A DNA stretch of 51,207 nucleotides from a virus. The notes below the pieces were generated by a model, which saw only the letters and a list, made by a program, of their open reading frames with translations, ran no database searches and was not told where the DNA came from. This document shows positions 16,362-23,541 of this stretch, in pieces (the stretch's first letter is position 1; every line of letters starts with the position of its first letter). Both the position numbers and the translations under genes were made by a program. The stretch lies in the IMG/VR virus record IMGVR_UViG_3300026907_000016. One strand, written 5' to 3'.

Positions 16362-16516
16362 TTCGGGAACCTCGCGGCGTGATCCGGGAAACCGTACAGC
16401 GCGAGCAAGAAATTCACGCCACGTGCTGCAGCGAACTGCAGCCATCGGGGCCCATGCGTCCGGTGCGAAACAGGCAAGCACCTGCCAACCGCCAGTAGCG
16501 GTCAGCAGGCATCGGC

Positions 16517-16675
16517 ATGAGGGCCGAGCGCACAAAGCCTGTGGAGATAGACGATTTCCTCGATGCCATTCGCAAGAGTGGCATCACCAATGCGGCTTAC
16601 CAAGGTCGCATCGGTGATCAACGCCGTAGGGCATCACTCAAGAGGAAAGGACATGCGCCGCATTGGAGAGGCTAG
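16517..16675 (+). CDS. Candidate 52-aa Arg-rich ORF (below the track cutoff). Any N-like role is speculative.
   Basis: MRAERTKPVEIDDFLDAIRKSGITNAAYQGRIGDQRRRASLKRKGHAPHWRG*. First ORF after PL, with a weak SD. Confidence 0.25.
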   Translation: MRAERTKPVEIDDFLDAIRKSGITNAAYQGRIGDQRRRASLKRKGHAPHWRG

Positions 16676-16829
16676 CCAGCGCGCCATAATCGCAAGCATC
16701 GCCGAGGTCATTGCCGAGTGCCGAGAGAGCGCACGCTGGCCATCGGATCGCGAGAACGGTATCGAATGGTTCCACATTCACCGCGCGAAGCTGCGCACAA
16801 AGATTTCCGCAGCGCCACGACTTCCATAA
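16653..16829 (+). CDS. Hypothetical protein (58 aa)
   Basis: Internal start MRRIGEASQRAI of ORF 16563..16829, after a strong SD AAGAGGAAAGGAC. Confidence 0.45.
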   Translation: MRRIGEASQRAIIASIAEVIAECRESARWPSDRENGIEWFHIHRAKLRTKISAAPRLP

Positions 16830-16851
16830 CCCGCCGCCCTGCCTAGCCGGA

Positions 16852-17099
16852 CAGATGGCATCGGTGATGGATGAATGCGGAGTGATGATCCGCAAGTGCC
16901 TAGTGGACTGAGAGCGGCCAAGTCGAGGCATCGACCATGGCAAAGAAGGTTCCGGCCTTCCATCAATAACCGGGAAACAGGCGATCCGCAGGCAAACGAC
17001 GTGAGCGCAACCTTGCCGGGCTCATGCGGCGAACGGACACACAGCACGCGGCAGCAAGCCAGGTTCATCTCTGGCCATCCATCAACCGATGTCATCTGA
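16852..17099 (+). ncRNA. Candidate structured RNA or DNA element closed by a 22-bp long-range inverted repeat
   Basis: cagatggcatcggtgatggatg (16852-16873) pairs with catccatcaaccgatgtcatctg (17077-17099), with one G-U and one bulge. There is no credible ORF on either strand. Internal hairpins GCGGAgtgatgaTCCGC and GGCAA..TTGCC. Confidence 0.35.
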
Positions 17100-17254
17100 A
17101 GAGGGTATTGGGGTAGCTCTGGCGCGTGACTGGTTCGCACGCCTGGCTAAAAAGAAACTCGGTGCCGGTGCGACGGTGCCGGGCAACTGGAGGGTTCAAG
17201 CCCCTCTCGCCGGAGTTACCACCGATGCCCTCTCCCTCGGCATCACCCTAGCTT

Positions 17255-17275
17255 GCCCCTCCCCGGGGCCTTTTT
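17255..17275 (+). terminator. Terminator-like hairpin abutting the tRNA
   Basis: GCCCCtccccGGGGCCTTTTT. The tRNA acceptor stem starts at the next base. Confidence 0.5.
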
Positions 17276-17351
17276 GCCGGCATAGCTCAGTAGGTAGAGC
17301 GGCGCACCTGTAATGCGCGTGTCGCGGGTTCGAGACCTGCTGCCGGCTCCA
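17276..17351 (+). tRNA. tRNA-Thr (anticodon UGU), with an unusual C at position 33
   Basis: Hand-folded cloverleaf: GCCGGCA/TGCCGGC acceptor, GCTC-AGTAGGTA-GAGC D arm, GCGCA-CCTGTAA-TGCGC anticodon arm, GCGGG-TTCGAGA-CCTGC T arm, and T-CCA. Confidence 0.75.
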
Positions 17352-17413
17352 TACCCTATAACCCGAATGCCAGCCACGGCAGGCGCTCGGATACCCACAG
17401 AAAGGACATAACC

Positions 17414-18034
17414 ATGGCACGCAAGAAGAACGAGAAAACCGAAGTCGTCACTTCGTACAAAGGCTTCGACGGCAACCTGCAGTGCCGTGGCTTCCAGTTT
17501 GAAGTTGGTAAGGAGTACCAGCACGAAGGCAGGGTTGAGGCCTGTGCCTCCGGCTTTCACGCCTGCGAGTATCCGCTCGACGTGTTCGGCTATTACGCGC
17601 CTGGCGGCAGCCGTTTCGCCCTAGTCGAGCAGTCTGGCGACCTGAGTCGCGAAAGTGGCGACTCCAAAGTCGCGAGCCGCAAGATCGAGATCAAGGCGGA
17701 GCTGACCATTGCAGGCCTGGTCAAGGCCGCAATCGAATACACCAGCAGCTGCTGCGAGCCGATTGATCCTGATTCCCCGGCGTCGAGCACTGGCAACCGC
17801 GGTGCGGCGTCGAGCACTGGCAGGCACTCGGTAGCGATGGCGGCCGGCATCCAAGGCAAGGCCATGGCCAGCGCCGGCAGCGCAATCGTCCTTTGCTACC
17901 GAGACGAAGCGGCGGAAGGCGACGACCACGGTCGCATCCTGCACATCAAGGCAGGTATCGCCGGTCAAGACGGAATCGAGCCAGGCACTTGGTATCAGCT
18001 GAGCGCTGATGGCGAGTTTGTGAAAGTCGATTAA
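17414..18034 (+). CDS. Conserved phage hypothetical protein (206 aa)
   Basis: SD GAAAGGA. N-terminal block YKGFDGNLQCRGFQFEVGKEYQHEG...ASGFHACEYPLDVFGYY recurs in phage proteins of unknown function. The C-terminus is Gly/Ala/Ser-rich and repeat-like. Confidence 0.7.
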   Translation: MARKKNEKTEVVTSYKGFDGNLQCRGFQFEVGKEYQHEGRVEACASGFHACEYPLDVFGYYAPGGSRFALVEQSGDLSRESGDSKVASRKIEIKAELTIAGLVKAAIEYTSSCCEPIDPDSPASSTGNRGAASSTGRHSVAMAAGIQGKAMASAGSAIVLCYRDEAAEGDDHGRILHIKAGIAGQDGIEPGTWYQLSADGEFVKVD

Positions 18035-18065
18035 CCCCTCTCCACGCACATAGCGAGGATTGATC

Positions 18066-18302
18066 ATGACCCGCTACGTACACGACCCCGCGCCGAGCGA
18101 TAGCGCCAGGGCTTTCATTCGTTGGTGCGCTGAAAACATCAGCGAGTGGAAAGAGCCCTACGTCAGCGTTATGCGCCCCGCCAAAACGCGAAGCGCGTAC
18201 TGGAAAAAGAAACCCGAATGGCGCATGCATCACGGCTCTCTGTCGCATGCATGGGTCGTTTGCACGAAACGTCAATGGCTAGAAGCCCGAGGTGCCTCAT
18301 GA
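18066..18302 (+). CDS. Hypothetical protein (78 aa)
   Basis: ATG 18066 lies 6 nt after SD GAGGA. The track starts this ORF at TTG 18060. Confidence 0.5.
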   Translation: MTRYVHDPAPSDSARAFIRWCAENISEWKEPYVSVMRPAKTRSAYWKKKPEWRMHHGSLSHAWVVCTKRQWLEARGAS

Positions 18303-18691
18303 GCGCAGCCCTAGACCTTCTCCAGTGGCGCCACGATATGGCCGAGCCGGAGTGCGAAACGAAGTTCATCGACACCGCCGAGGGCCATTCTTGGGCGTGC
18401 GGTATTGCTGACGACCTGATGGCCTGCAAGCCGCTAGTGATCGGCGGCAAAGAGGTGATCAAGGCGTTTGACCTGGCTGACAAGCTGTCTGAACTGGTGG
18501 CTGGCTCATTCGACCCGCACAACAACTTCAACGCCATGATCCTGTACGCAGCAACCGGACAGGGCGACAAGGCCAAGGCCGCCTTTGAGGCATTCATGGG
18601 CGAGAAGTACGTCGAGAACCTGGCCTACGAAATGGCCGCCGAACACGCTGAGGCGTATGCCGCTGAGCGGGGAGAGGATGACTATGAGTGA
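18299..18691 (+). CDS. Hypothetical acidic protein (130 aa)
   Basis: Internal start MSAALDLLQWRHD of ORF 18146..18691. ATGA overlap. Confidence 0.55.
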   Translation: MSAALDLLQWRHDMAEPECETKFIDTAEGHSWACGIADDLMACKPLVIGGKEVIKAFDLADKLSELVAGSFDPHNNFNAMILYAATGQGDKAKAAFEAFMGEKYVENLAYEMAAEHAEAYAAERGEDDYE

Positions 18692-18971
18692 TCAGGCGGT
18701 TGTACGAAATAGCGCTTCTGACGTGGCTCAGATGCGAAAGGACTGGGTTGAGTCATACCACTTCAACGCTGAAGTCGAACTCCCTGGATTGCTCGACGAC
18801 TACGACGCCCTGCTCTCCCTCAATGCCGCGCTGCTGGAGGCTGCAACAACCGTTCTCGATGGGCTCAATGAGCGAATCGATATGGCGGTAAAAAGCGGAT
18901 CACCTCTCCCTGTATTCGAAGGGATAGCTGCATTGCACGACGCCATCGCCAAGGCAAGGAGCCAATCATGA
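18684..18971 (+). CDS. Hypothetical protein (95 aa)
   Basis: Internal start MSDQAVVRNSAS (SD GGAGAGGA). 8-nt overlap. Confidence 0.5.
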   Translation: MSDQAVVRNSASDVAQMRKDWVESYHFNAEVELPGLLDDYDALLSLNAALLEAATTVLDGLNERIDMAVKSGSPLPVFEGIAALHDAIAKARSQS

Positions 18972-19204
18972 CTAAGCCCACTTCGATCTACGAACAGTGC
19001 GCCAAGGTGGCCATAGACAAGCTGGCGTTTTCGCGTTTGCCCATGGGCGAGCTTGACCCGGTTATCGGCTTCATCGCCGCTGGCTGCCCTGCCTACTACG
19101 ACAAAGACCGGCGTGATTCGCTTATCGATCTGGCGACTCACGTAGCACGCAAACAACGCCAGCGCCAACTGGATGCGCAGCGGATTGGGAGGATGGTGGG
19201 ATGA
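18968..19204 (+). CDS. Hypothetical protein (78 aa)
   Basis: ORF-track entry with ATGA overlaps at both ends. Confidence 0.5.
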   Translation: MTKPTSIYEQCAKVAIDKLAFSRLPMGELDPVIGFIAAGCPAYYDKDRRDSLIDLATHVARKQRQRQLDAQRIGRMVG

Positions 19205-19377
19205 GCAACGAAACAGTTCAGGTACAGATCAAACACCTAGAGTTGCGCATTGAGAAGCTGCGCGAATCTCTGCCTTACGCTGACGGCCAGGCCTACTACG
19301 ACGACAAACGTCTGATTGATCAGCTGACAACCGAGGCCTGCAACCTGCGCAACGCTATTGCAGGAGATCAGCCATGA
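19201..19377 (+). CDS. Small coiled-coil ORF (58 aa, below the track cutoff)
   Basis: MSNETVQVQIKHLELRIEKLRESLPYADGQAYYDDKRLIDQLTTEACNLRNAIAGDQP*. ATGA overlaps at both ends. Confidence 0.45.
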   Translation: MSNETVQVQIKHLELRIEKLRESLPYADGQAYYDDKRLIDQLTTEACNLRNAIAGDQP

Positions 19378-19730
19378 CCACCCCAATCGTACCCAGCATC
19401 AGTGACGAGCAGTTGGCGGAGCTGGAGGAAGCGGCGACCGACAGCAAGCTGAACATCTATCGACCGTTCGGCTGGGAGCACTCAGTTCGCTGCGGTAATC
19501 ACATGCAGACCGATCAGGATTTTCTGTGTGCATCTTCACCACAAACGATCCTCTCTCTTATCGCCCGCCTGCGCGCTGCTGAGGCTGATGCCGAGCGACT
19601 GAACAAGCTCGACGCGCTTTGCGAGGCCTATGGATTTGAAGGCACCCACGAAGGCAATCGCTGGATGATCGATGGCCCGTACCGCGACATACGCGCTGCT
19701 ATCGACGACATTCCGGAGAACAGGCCATGA
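19374..19730 (+). CDS. Ead/Ea22-like protein
   Basis: 118 aa. SPQTILSLIARLRAAEADAERL resembles the Ead/Ea22 core. Confidence 0.5.
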   Translation: MTTPIVPSISDEQLAELEEAATDSKLNIYRPFGWEHSVRCGNHMQTDQDFLCASSPQTILSLIARLRAAEADAERLNKLDALCEAYGFEGTHEGNRWMIDGPYRDIRAAIDDIPENRP

Positions 19731-19846
19731 CCATCACGATCCGCTTACCGAAGCCCGCCGAGATGATCAAAGCGGGTTTTTTTGTGGCCTGCTTCCTGGG
19801 GTCTATCTATGTATTTGCGTCGGCTGTGGCCGAGGTGGTGACATGA
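19727..19846 (+). CDS. Small hydrophobic ORF (39 aa)
   Basis: MTITIRLPKPAEMIKAGFFVACFLGSIYVFASAVAEVVT*. ATGA overlaps at both ends. Confidence 0.3.
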   Translation: MTITIRLPKPAEMIKAGFFVACFLGSIYVFASAVAEVVT

Positions 19847-20136
19847 GCAAGATGACCGCAGAGCAAGCGCGCAGCATTGCTCAATCCAAAGACCCAGCGT
19901 TTGCCGTCGAGACGATCCTTGCTGGCGTGGCCAAAGCCGCTGAACAAGGGAAGTACGAATACACCACGCGCGACTATGGGTTTGGAACATCAACCTATTG
20001 CAATGAGCGCGATTACCCGCCGCTATGCCTTGCGATCCTGAAAGAGCTTCGGGGCCTTGGCTACACGTGCGCAGTGCGCGCCGAGGAACGGCAATTCGTC
20101 GATCTGTGGCTAAGCGTTTCGTGGGGTGACAAATGA
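19843..20136 (+). CDS. Hypothetical protein (97 aa)
   Basis: Internal start MSKMTAEQARSIAQ of ORF 19672..20136. Confidence 0.5.
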   Translation: MSKMTAEQARSIAQSKDPAFAVETILAGVAKAAEQGKYEYTTRDYGFGTSTYCNERDYPPLCLAILKELRGLGYTCAVRAEERQFVDLWLSVSWGDK

Positions 20137-20252
20137 GCACCCGCCGCCAACGCGCCCTACGCTGCGCAATCTATCGCGGCGCATTCTCCGCTATCTGCTT
20201 CTTCACTGTACTCATCGGCGCATTGGGCGCTGTTGATTGGATTGCGGGGTAG
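20133..20252 (+). CDS. Small single-TM ORF (39 aa)
   Basis: MSTRRQRALRCAIYRGAFSAICFFTVLIGALGAVDWIAG*. ATGA overlap upstream. Confidence 0.3.
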   Translation: MSTRRQRALRCAIYRGAFSAICFFTVLIGALGAVDWIAG

Positions 20253-20255
20253 ACC

Positions 20256-20501
20256 ATGAGCTTCCTCAAGAACCTTCTTCCGCTCTCAGCCGACGAGCGC
20301 GAAGAACTCCGCAAGCTGCGCATCAAGTGCGCAACTCAAGAACAGTGGATCAATCAGCGCTTGATGCATGAGAACAAGCCGCTTATCCGTGACGCCCAGC
20401 GCACGGCATTGAGCGTTCTACAGCGGCGCGTGGACATGATGCGCGCCGATCATCCAGACATCTGGCACCGGTACTTCTCGAAAGAAGCCAACCGCAAGTA
20501 A
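20256..20501 (+). CDS. Hypothetical protein (81 aa)
   Basis: ORF-track entry. Starts 4 nt after the preceding stop. Confidence 0.5.
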   Translation: MSFLKNLLPLSADEREELRKLRIKCATQEQWINQRLMHENKPLIRDAQRTALSVLQRRVDMMRADHPDIWHRYFSKEANRK

Positions 20502-20546
20502 GCCACCCTCTCCCACAACATCACCAGCGCCCTGGAGGGCGAAGCT

Positions 20547-21278
20547 ATGTCTGAGCAAAACATGCAGATCTGGTCTCAGGTCGATAAGACCGACCCTCAA
20601 TACACCAAAGCAGCAAAGGTCGGCGGCCAAAACATCACCAGCCTGAACGGTACGGCAATGGTCATGAAGGCTACCGAGGTATTCGGGCCTGCTGGAATCG
20701 GCTTTGGCTGGAACATCATTGAGGAGCGCTTCGACAAGGGCGCCGAGATGTTTTCCGGCGAAGGCGAAAAACGCATCTCGCTTGGGTTCGAACTGAACCA
20801 CACCGTCAAGATCATGTTCTGGTTCAAGGTCAACGGCGAGCGAGGGGAGATTGAGCAGTACGGGTGCACACCGTATCTCTACAAGTCGAAGTACGGCACC
20901 ACAACTGACGGCGAGGCGCCAAAGAAATCGCTGACCGACGCCATCAAGAAAGCCCTTTCGATGCTCGGCTTCAGCGCTGACGTATTTATGGGCATGTTCG
21001 ATGATCGCGATTACGTCGAACAGCGGCAAGAAGAAGAGGCGCAAGAGCGGGCGCTGGAGAAAGCTGCCGAGGAAGAGCGCCTGAAGAACGAGCGCTTGGA
21101 ATACCTCAAAGGCGTCATCACTGAGATGCAGCAGGCCGAAACATTCCAGGCTCTGAAGAAAGCCCATGACCTGGCCGTGCGGCGCCTAACTGCCCAGCAA
21201 GACCACAACGGTGTCAAGCGCATCGCCAAGGAACTTGCCGAGCAAACGCCTCGATTCAAGCAGGAGGACGCAGCATGA
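20547..21278 (+). CDS. Rad52/Sak-like single-strand annealing protein
   Basis: 243 aa. KKSLTDAIKKALSMLGFSADVFMGMFDD is typical of Rad52-family phage annealases. Acidic coiled C-terminus. Confidence 0.6.
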   Translation: MSEQNMQIWSQVDKTDPQYTKAAKVGGQNITSLNGTAMVMKATEVFGPAGIGFGWNIIEERFDKGAEMFSGEGEKRISLGFELNHTVKIMFWFKVNGERGEIEQYGCTPYLYKSKYGTTTDGEAPKKSLTDAIKKALSMLGFSADVFMGMFDDRDYVEQRQEEEAQERALEKAAEEERLKNERLEYLKGVITEMQQAETFQALKKAHDLAVRRLTAQQDHNGVKRIAKELAEQTPRFKQEDAA

Positions 21279-21838
21279 CTCAGCTCTATGTGCTGACAGG
21301 TCAGATGGCGGAACTTGCCGCCATGGCCGACACCGACGATGAAGGCCTGAAGCAAGCCATCCAAGACACCATGGATGCGATCCAGGGCGAGTTTGAGGTC
21401 AAGGCAGACAGCATCGTGATGTTGCGCCGTAACATTGAGGGCGACATCGAAGCAATTGATACCGAGATCGCCAGGCTTGCCGAACTGAAGCGCATCAAAA
21501 AGAACAGTATTGGCCAGATCAGCGATTACCTGCGCCGCAACATGGAGGCAGCTGGCATTAAGTCGATCAAACGCCCCCTGTTCACCATCACCCTGGCTGC
21601 TGGCGTCGAAAAAGTCATCGTCGACAAAGAGTCGGATGTCCCTGACGACTTGGTTACTGTCAGCACCAGCATTGCCCCGGACAAGAAGGCAATAGCCGCC
21701 AAGCTCAAGGAAATCCGCACCCATAACGAGTCCGTGCGGAAACGCATAGACGCTGGTGAAGACGCAGAGCACGAACTCTTGCCAGAGCCCGCCTGGGCTC
21801 ACCTTGAGCGCGGCGAAGCATCCATTCGCATCAAGTAG
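21275..21838 (+). CDS. Siphovirus Gp157-like protein
   Basis: 187 aa. An N-terminal coiled coil followed by KRPLFTITLAAG...; ATGA overlap with the annealase gene. Confidence 0.55.
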   Translation: MTQLYVLTGQMAELAAMADTDDEGLKQAIQDTMDAIQGEFEVKADSIVMLRRNIEGDIEAIDTEIARLAELKRIKKNSIGQISDYLRRNMEAAGIKSIKRPLFTITLAAGVEKVIVDKESDVPDDLVTVSTSIAPDKKAIAAKLKEIRTHNESVRKRIDAGEDAEHELLPEPAWAHLERGEASIRIK

Positions 21839-21949
21839 CCAACGAACCCCGCCACCACGACACGGGGCGCCACCGGCAACGCTTGGAGCCGCGCCGTAAC
21901 GACAGGCTGGCCACCTGGGCATTCGGCCACTTATTCCGAGGACACCAAC

Positions 21950-22492
21950 ATGCACCACCTGACGACACTGAACCTGCCTACCGTGCAGGGCGCAGCGATC
22001 ACCAGTGCCTGGCTGGACCAGGCTGTGGCCGACTTCGAAGCCAAGGGCGGCGTGATCAAGCACTACGAGATTCGCATCGGCGGCGATATCGGCGGCCAGT
22101 GGAATGGCCCCGGTGCGATTGTCCTTTCTACCGGCCAGAGTGCGAACGATGCGGCTGATGCTGAGCGTATCCGGGCGCTGGCAGACAAGGGAGCCGGCAT
22201 CACCGCGATCAAGTACCACCTGCAGATTGATGCGCGCCGGATCAAGCGGCTGGCTCAGGCCTACGGGATCAAGATCGAAAGCAAGCGCGGAGGCAACCGC
22301 GGCACCGGTCCGAACGAGGCTAATCGCAAGGCAACGACCGAACGAGGCCGCAAGCACCGCCAGGAACTGGCCCGTCAGGCCATGCCAATGATCGCAGCCG
22401 GCGAGTCCATGAACACCATCGTCAAGGCGCTCGGGTGCAGCAAGGCGACCCTGGCGCGAGCAATCGAGGAAAACAGCCATGTCGCCAATTGA
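21950..22492 (+). CDS. Hypothetical protein with C-terminal HTH
   Basis: 180 aa. GESMNTIVKALGCSKATLARAIEE. Confidence 0.5.
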   Translation: MHHLTTLNLPTVQGAAITSAWLDQAVADFEAKGGVIKHYEIRIGGDIGGQWNGPGAIVLSTGQSANDAADAERIRALADKGAGITAIKYHLQIDARRIKRLAQAYGIKIESKRGGNRGTGPNEANRKATTERGRKHRQELARQAMPMIAAGESMNTIVKALGCSKATLARAIEENSHVAN

Positions 22493-22658
22493 GCTCTTCG
22501 AACACCAGCGCCACCTGAGCGCAGCCATGCACGACCTGGAATCGCGCCTCAAGGACATGGACGAAGTGACCAAGGCCAGAGCCTACAAGACCCTCGACAA
22601 CCTCGAGCGCGAGTACGCCCGAGCCGTCGAGATGGCGTCATACGGCGCCTGCCAATGA
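22479..22658 (+). CDS. Small helical ORF (59 aa, below the track cutoff)
   Basis: MSPIELFEHQRHLSAAMHDLESRLKDMDEVTKARAYKTLDNLEREYARAVEMASYGACQ*. Confidence 0.4.
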   Translation: MSPIELFEHQRHLSAAMHDLESRLKDMDEVTKARAYKTLDNLEREYARAVEMASYGACQ

Positions 22659-22731
22659 TCGAGTACTGCCGCACGACCTGGGCGCCCGTCCCGTGCGGGT
22701 GCCTGAGGTGCACACCAATAGCGAGGTGAGA

Positions 22732-23541
22732 ATGAATGAGCTGGCTCTTTTCGCGGGCGCTGGTGGAGGAATACTCGGCGGCCACCTCTTGGGGTGGCGC
22801 ACCGTCTGCGCCGTTGAGCGTGATGCCTACGCAGCACAAGTTCTGGCGCAACGACAAAACGATGGAGCCCTCCCAGCTTTCCCGATTTGGTCTGACGTGT
22901 GCAGTTTTGACGGACGACCATGGCGAGGCCTTGTTGACGTGGTTTCGGGCGGATTCCCGTGTCAGGACATATCCGCTGCCGGGGCTGGTGCCGGGATTGA
23001 TGGCGAGCGGTCTGGCCTCTGGCGTCAGATGGCTCGAATCATCGGTGAGGTACGACCCAGCCACGTCTTCGTGGAAAACTCACCGCTGCTTGTGGGACGA
23101 GGACTTGCCGTGGTCATCGGTGACCTTGCCGAAATGGGGTATGGCGCTCAATGGGCTTGTCTATCGGCATCCGACACTGGAGCGCCCCATCAGCGCGACA
23201 GAATCTGGCTTGTGGCCAACGCCAACGGTTCACGGCAATCACAACATGCCCGGCAGCAGCAAGACGGCGGGATGGGGTCTGAGCAGCGCGGTCAAGATGT
23301 GGCCGACGCCGACAGCGATGAACTCAAGCGGCGGCGCGGCGCTATCCAAGTGGGGAGGATCTGGCGCGCGCAAGAAGCTGAAGACCATGGTTACGCCGGC
23401 CGAGCTGCATGGCCCACTGAACCCGGCATGGGTCGAATGGCTGATGGGGTGGCCAATCGGTTGGACAGACTTAAAGCCCTTGGAAATGGCCAAGTTCCGC
23501 GAGTGGCAGCAACAGCATTCTCCCTTCTCGATCGAGGCTGA
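22732..23541 (+). CDS. dcm: DNA (cytosine-5) methyltransferase (frame A)
   Basis: MNELALFAGAGGG (motif I), GGFPCQDIS (IV), FVENSP (VI), QRDRIWLV (VIII) and LKALGNGQVP (X), in canonical order. SD GAGGTGA. Confidence 0.85.
   Translation: MNELALFAGAGGGILGGHLLGWRTVCAVERDAYAAQVLAQRQNDGALPAFPIWSDVCSFDGRPWRGLVDVVSGGFPCQDISAAGAGAGIDGERSGLWRQMARIIGEVRPSHVFVENSPLLVGRGLAVVIGDLAEMGYGAQWACLSASDTGAPHQRDRIWLVANANGSRQSQHARQQQDGGMGSEQRGQDVADADSDELKRRRGAIQVGRIWRAQEAEDHGYAGRAAWPTEPGMGRMADGVANRLDRLKALGNGQVPRVAATAFSLLDRG

Noticed and set aside
16425-16442. Hairpin GCTGCAG-cgaa-CTGCAGC as a lambda-type boxB
   Set aside because: The stem is simply two PstI palindromes. The loop is a CGAA tetraloop rather than a GNRA-like pentaloop, and I found no matching copy in the rightward operon. 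It is mentioned only as context for the boxA-like element.
16298-16498. 66-aa plus-strand ORF starting inside the perfect operator TTAGCGCATGGCTAA
   Set aside because: Its ATG lies upstream of the predicted PL transcription start (the -10 is at 16303-16308). It has no SD, and the product is Ala/Arg/Pro/Thr-rich. It is more likely a leader region containing the boxA-like element.
16852-17099. Interpretation of the inverted-repeat element as a MITE or IS, or as a hammerhead-type ribozyme or retron msr/msd
   Set aside because: I saw no target-site duplication flanking the arms and no transposase. The GUGAUGA and CUGAGAG strings do not satisfy the hammerhead core (CUGANGA...GAAA with the proper helices). 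No reverse transcriptase gene exists anywhere in the genome.
17165-17214. Possible second tRNA gene upstream of tRNA-Thr (T-arm GAGGG-TTCAAGC-CCCTC)
   Set aside because: Only a T-arm and a 6-bp acceptor-like helix can be drawn. There is no D arm, anticodon arm or CCA, so it is not a functional tRNA gene. It is kept only as part of the structured non-coding finding.
21011-22573. 520-aa minus-strand ORF, the longest non-structural ORF in the track, together with its neighbour 20418..21167 (-)
   Set aside because: It is antisense to five well-supported, SD-led, translationally coupled plus-strand genes (annealase, Gp157 and others). The product is Ala/Arg/Gly/Leu-rich and low in complexity, with no motifs. 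This is the typical stop-poor shadow frame of high-GC DNA.
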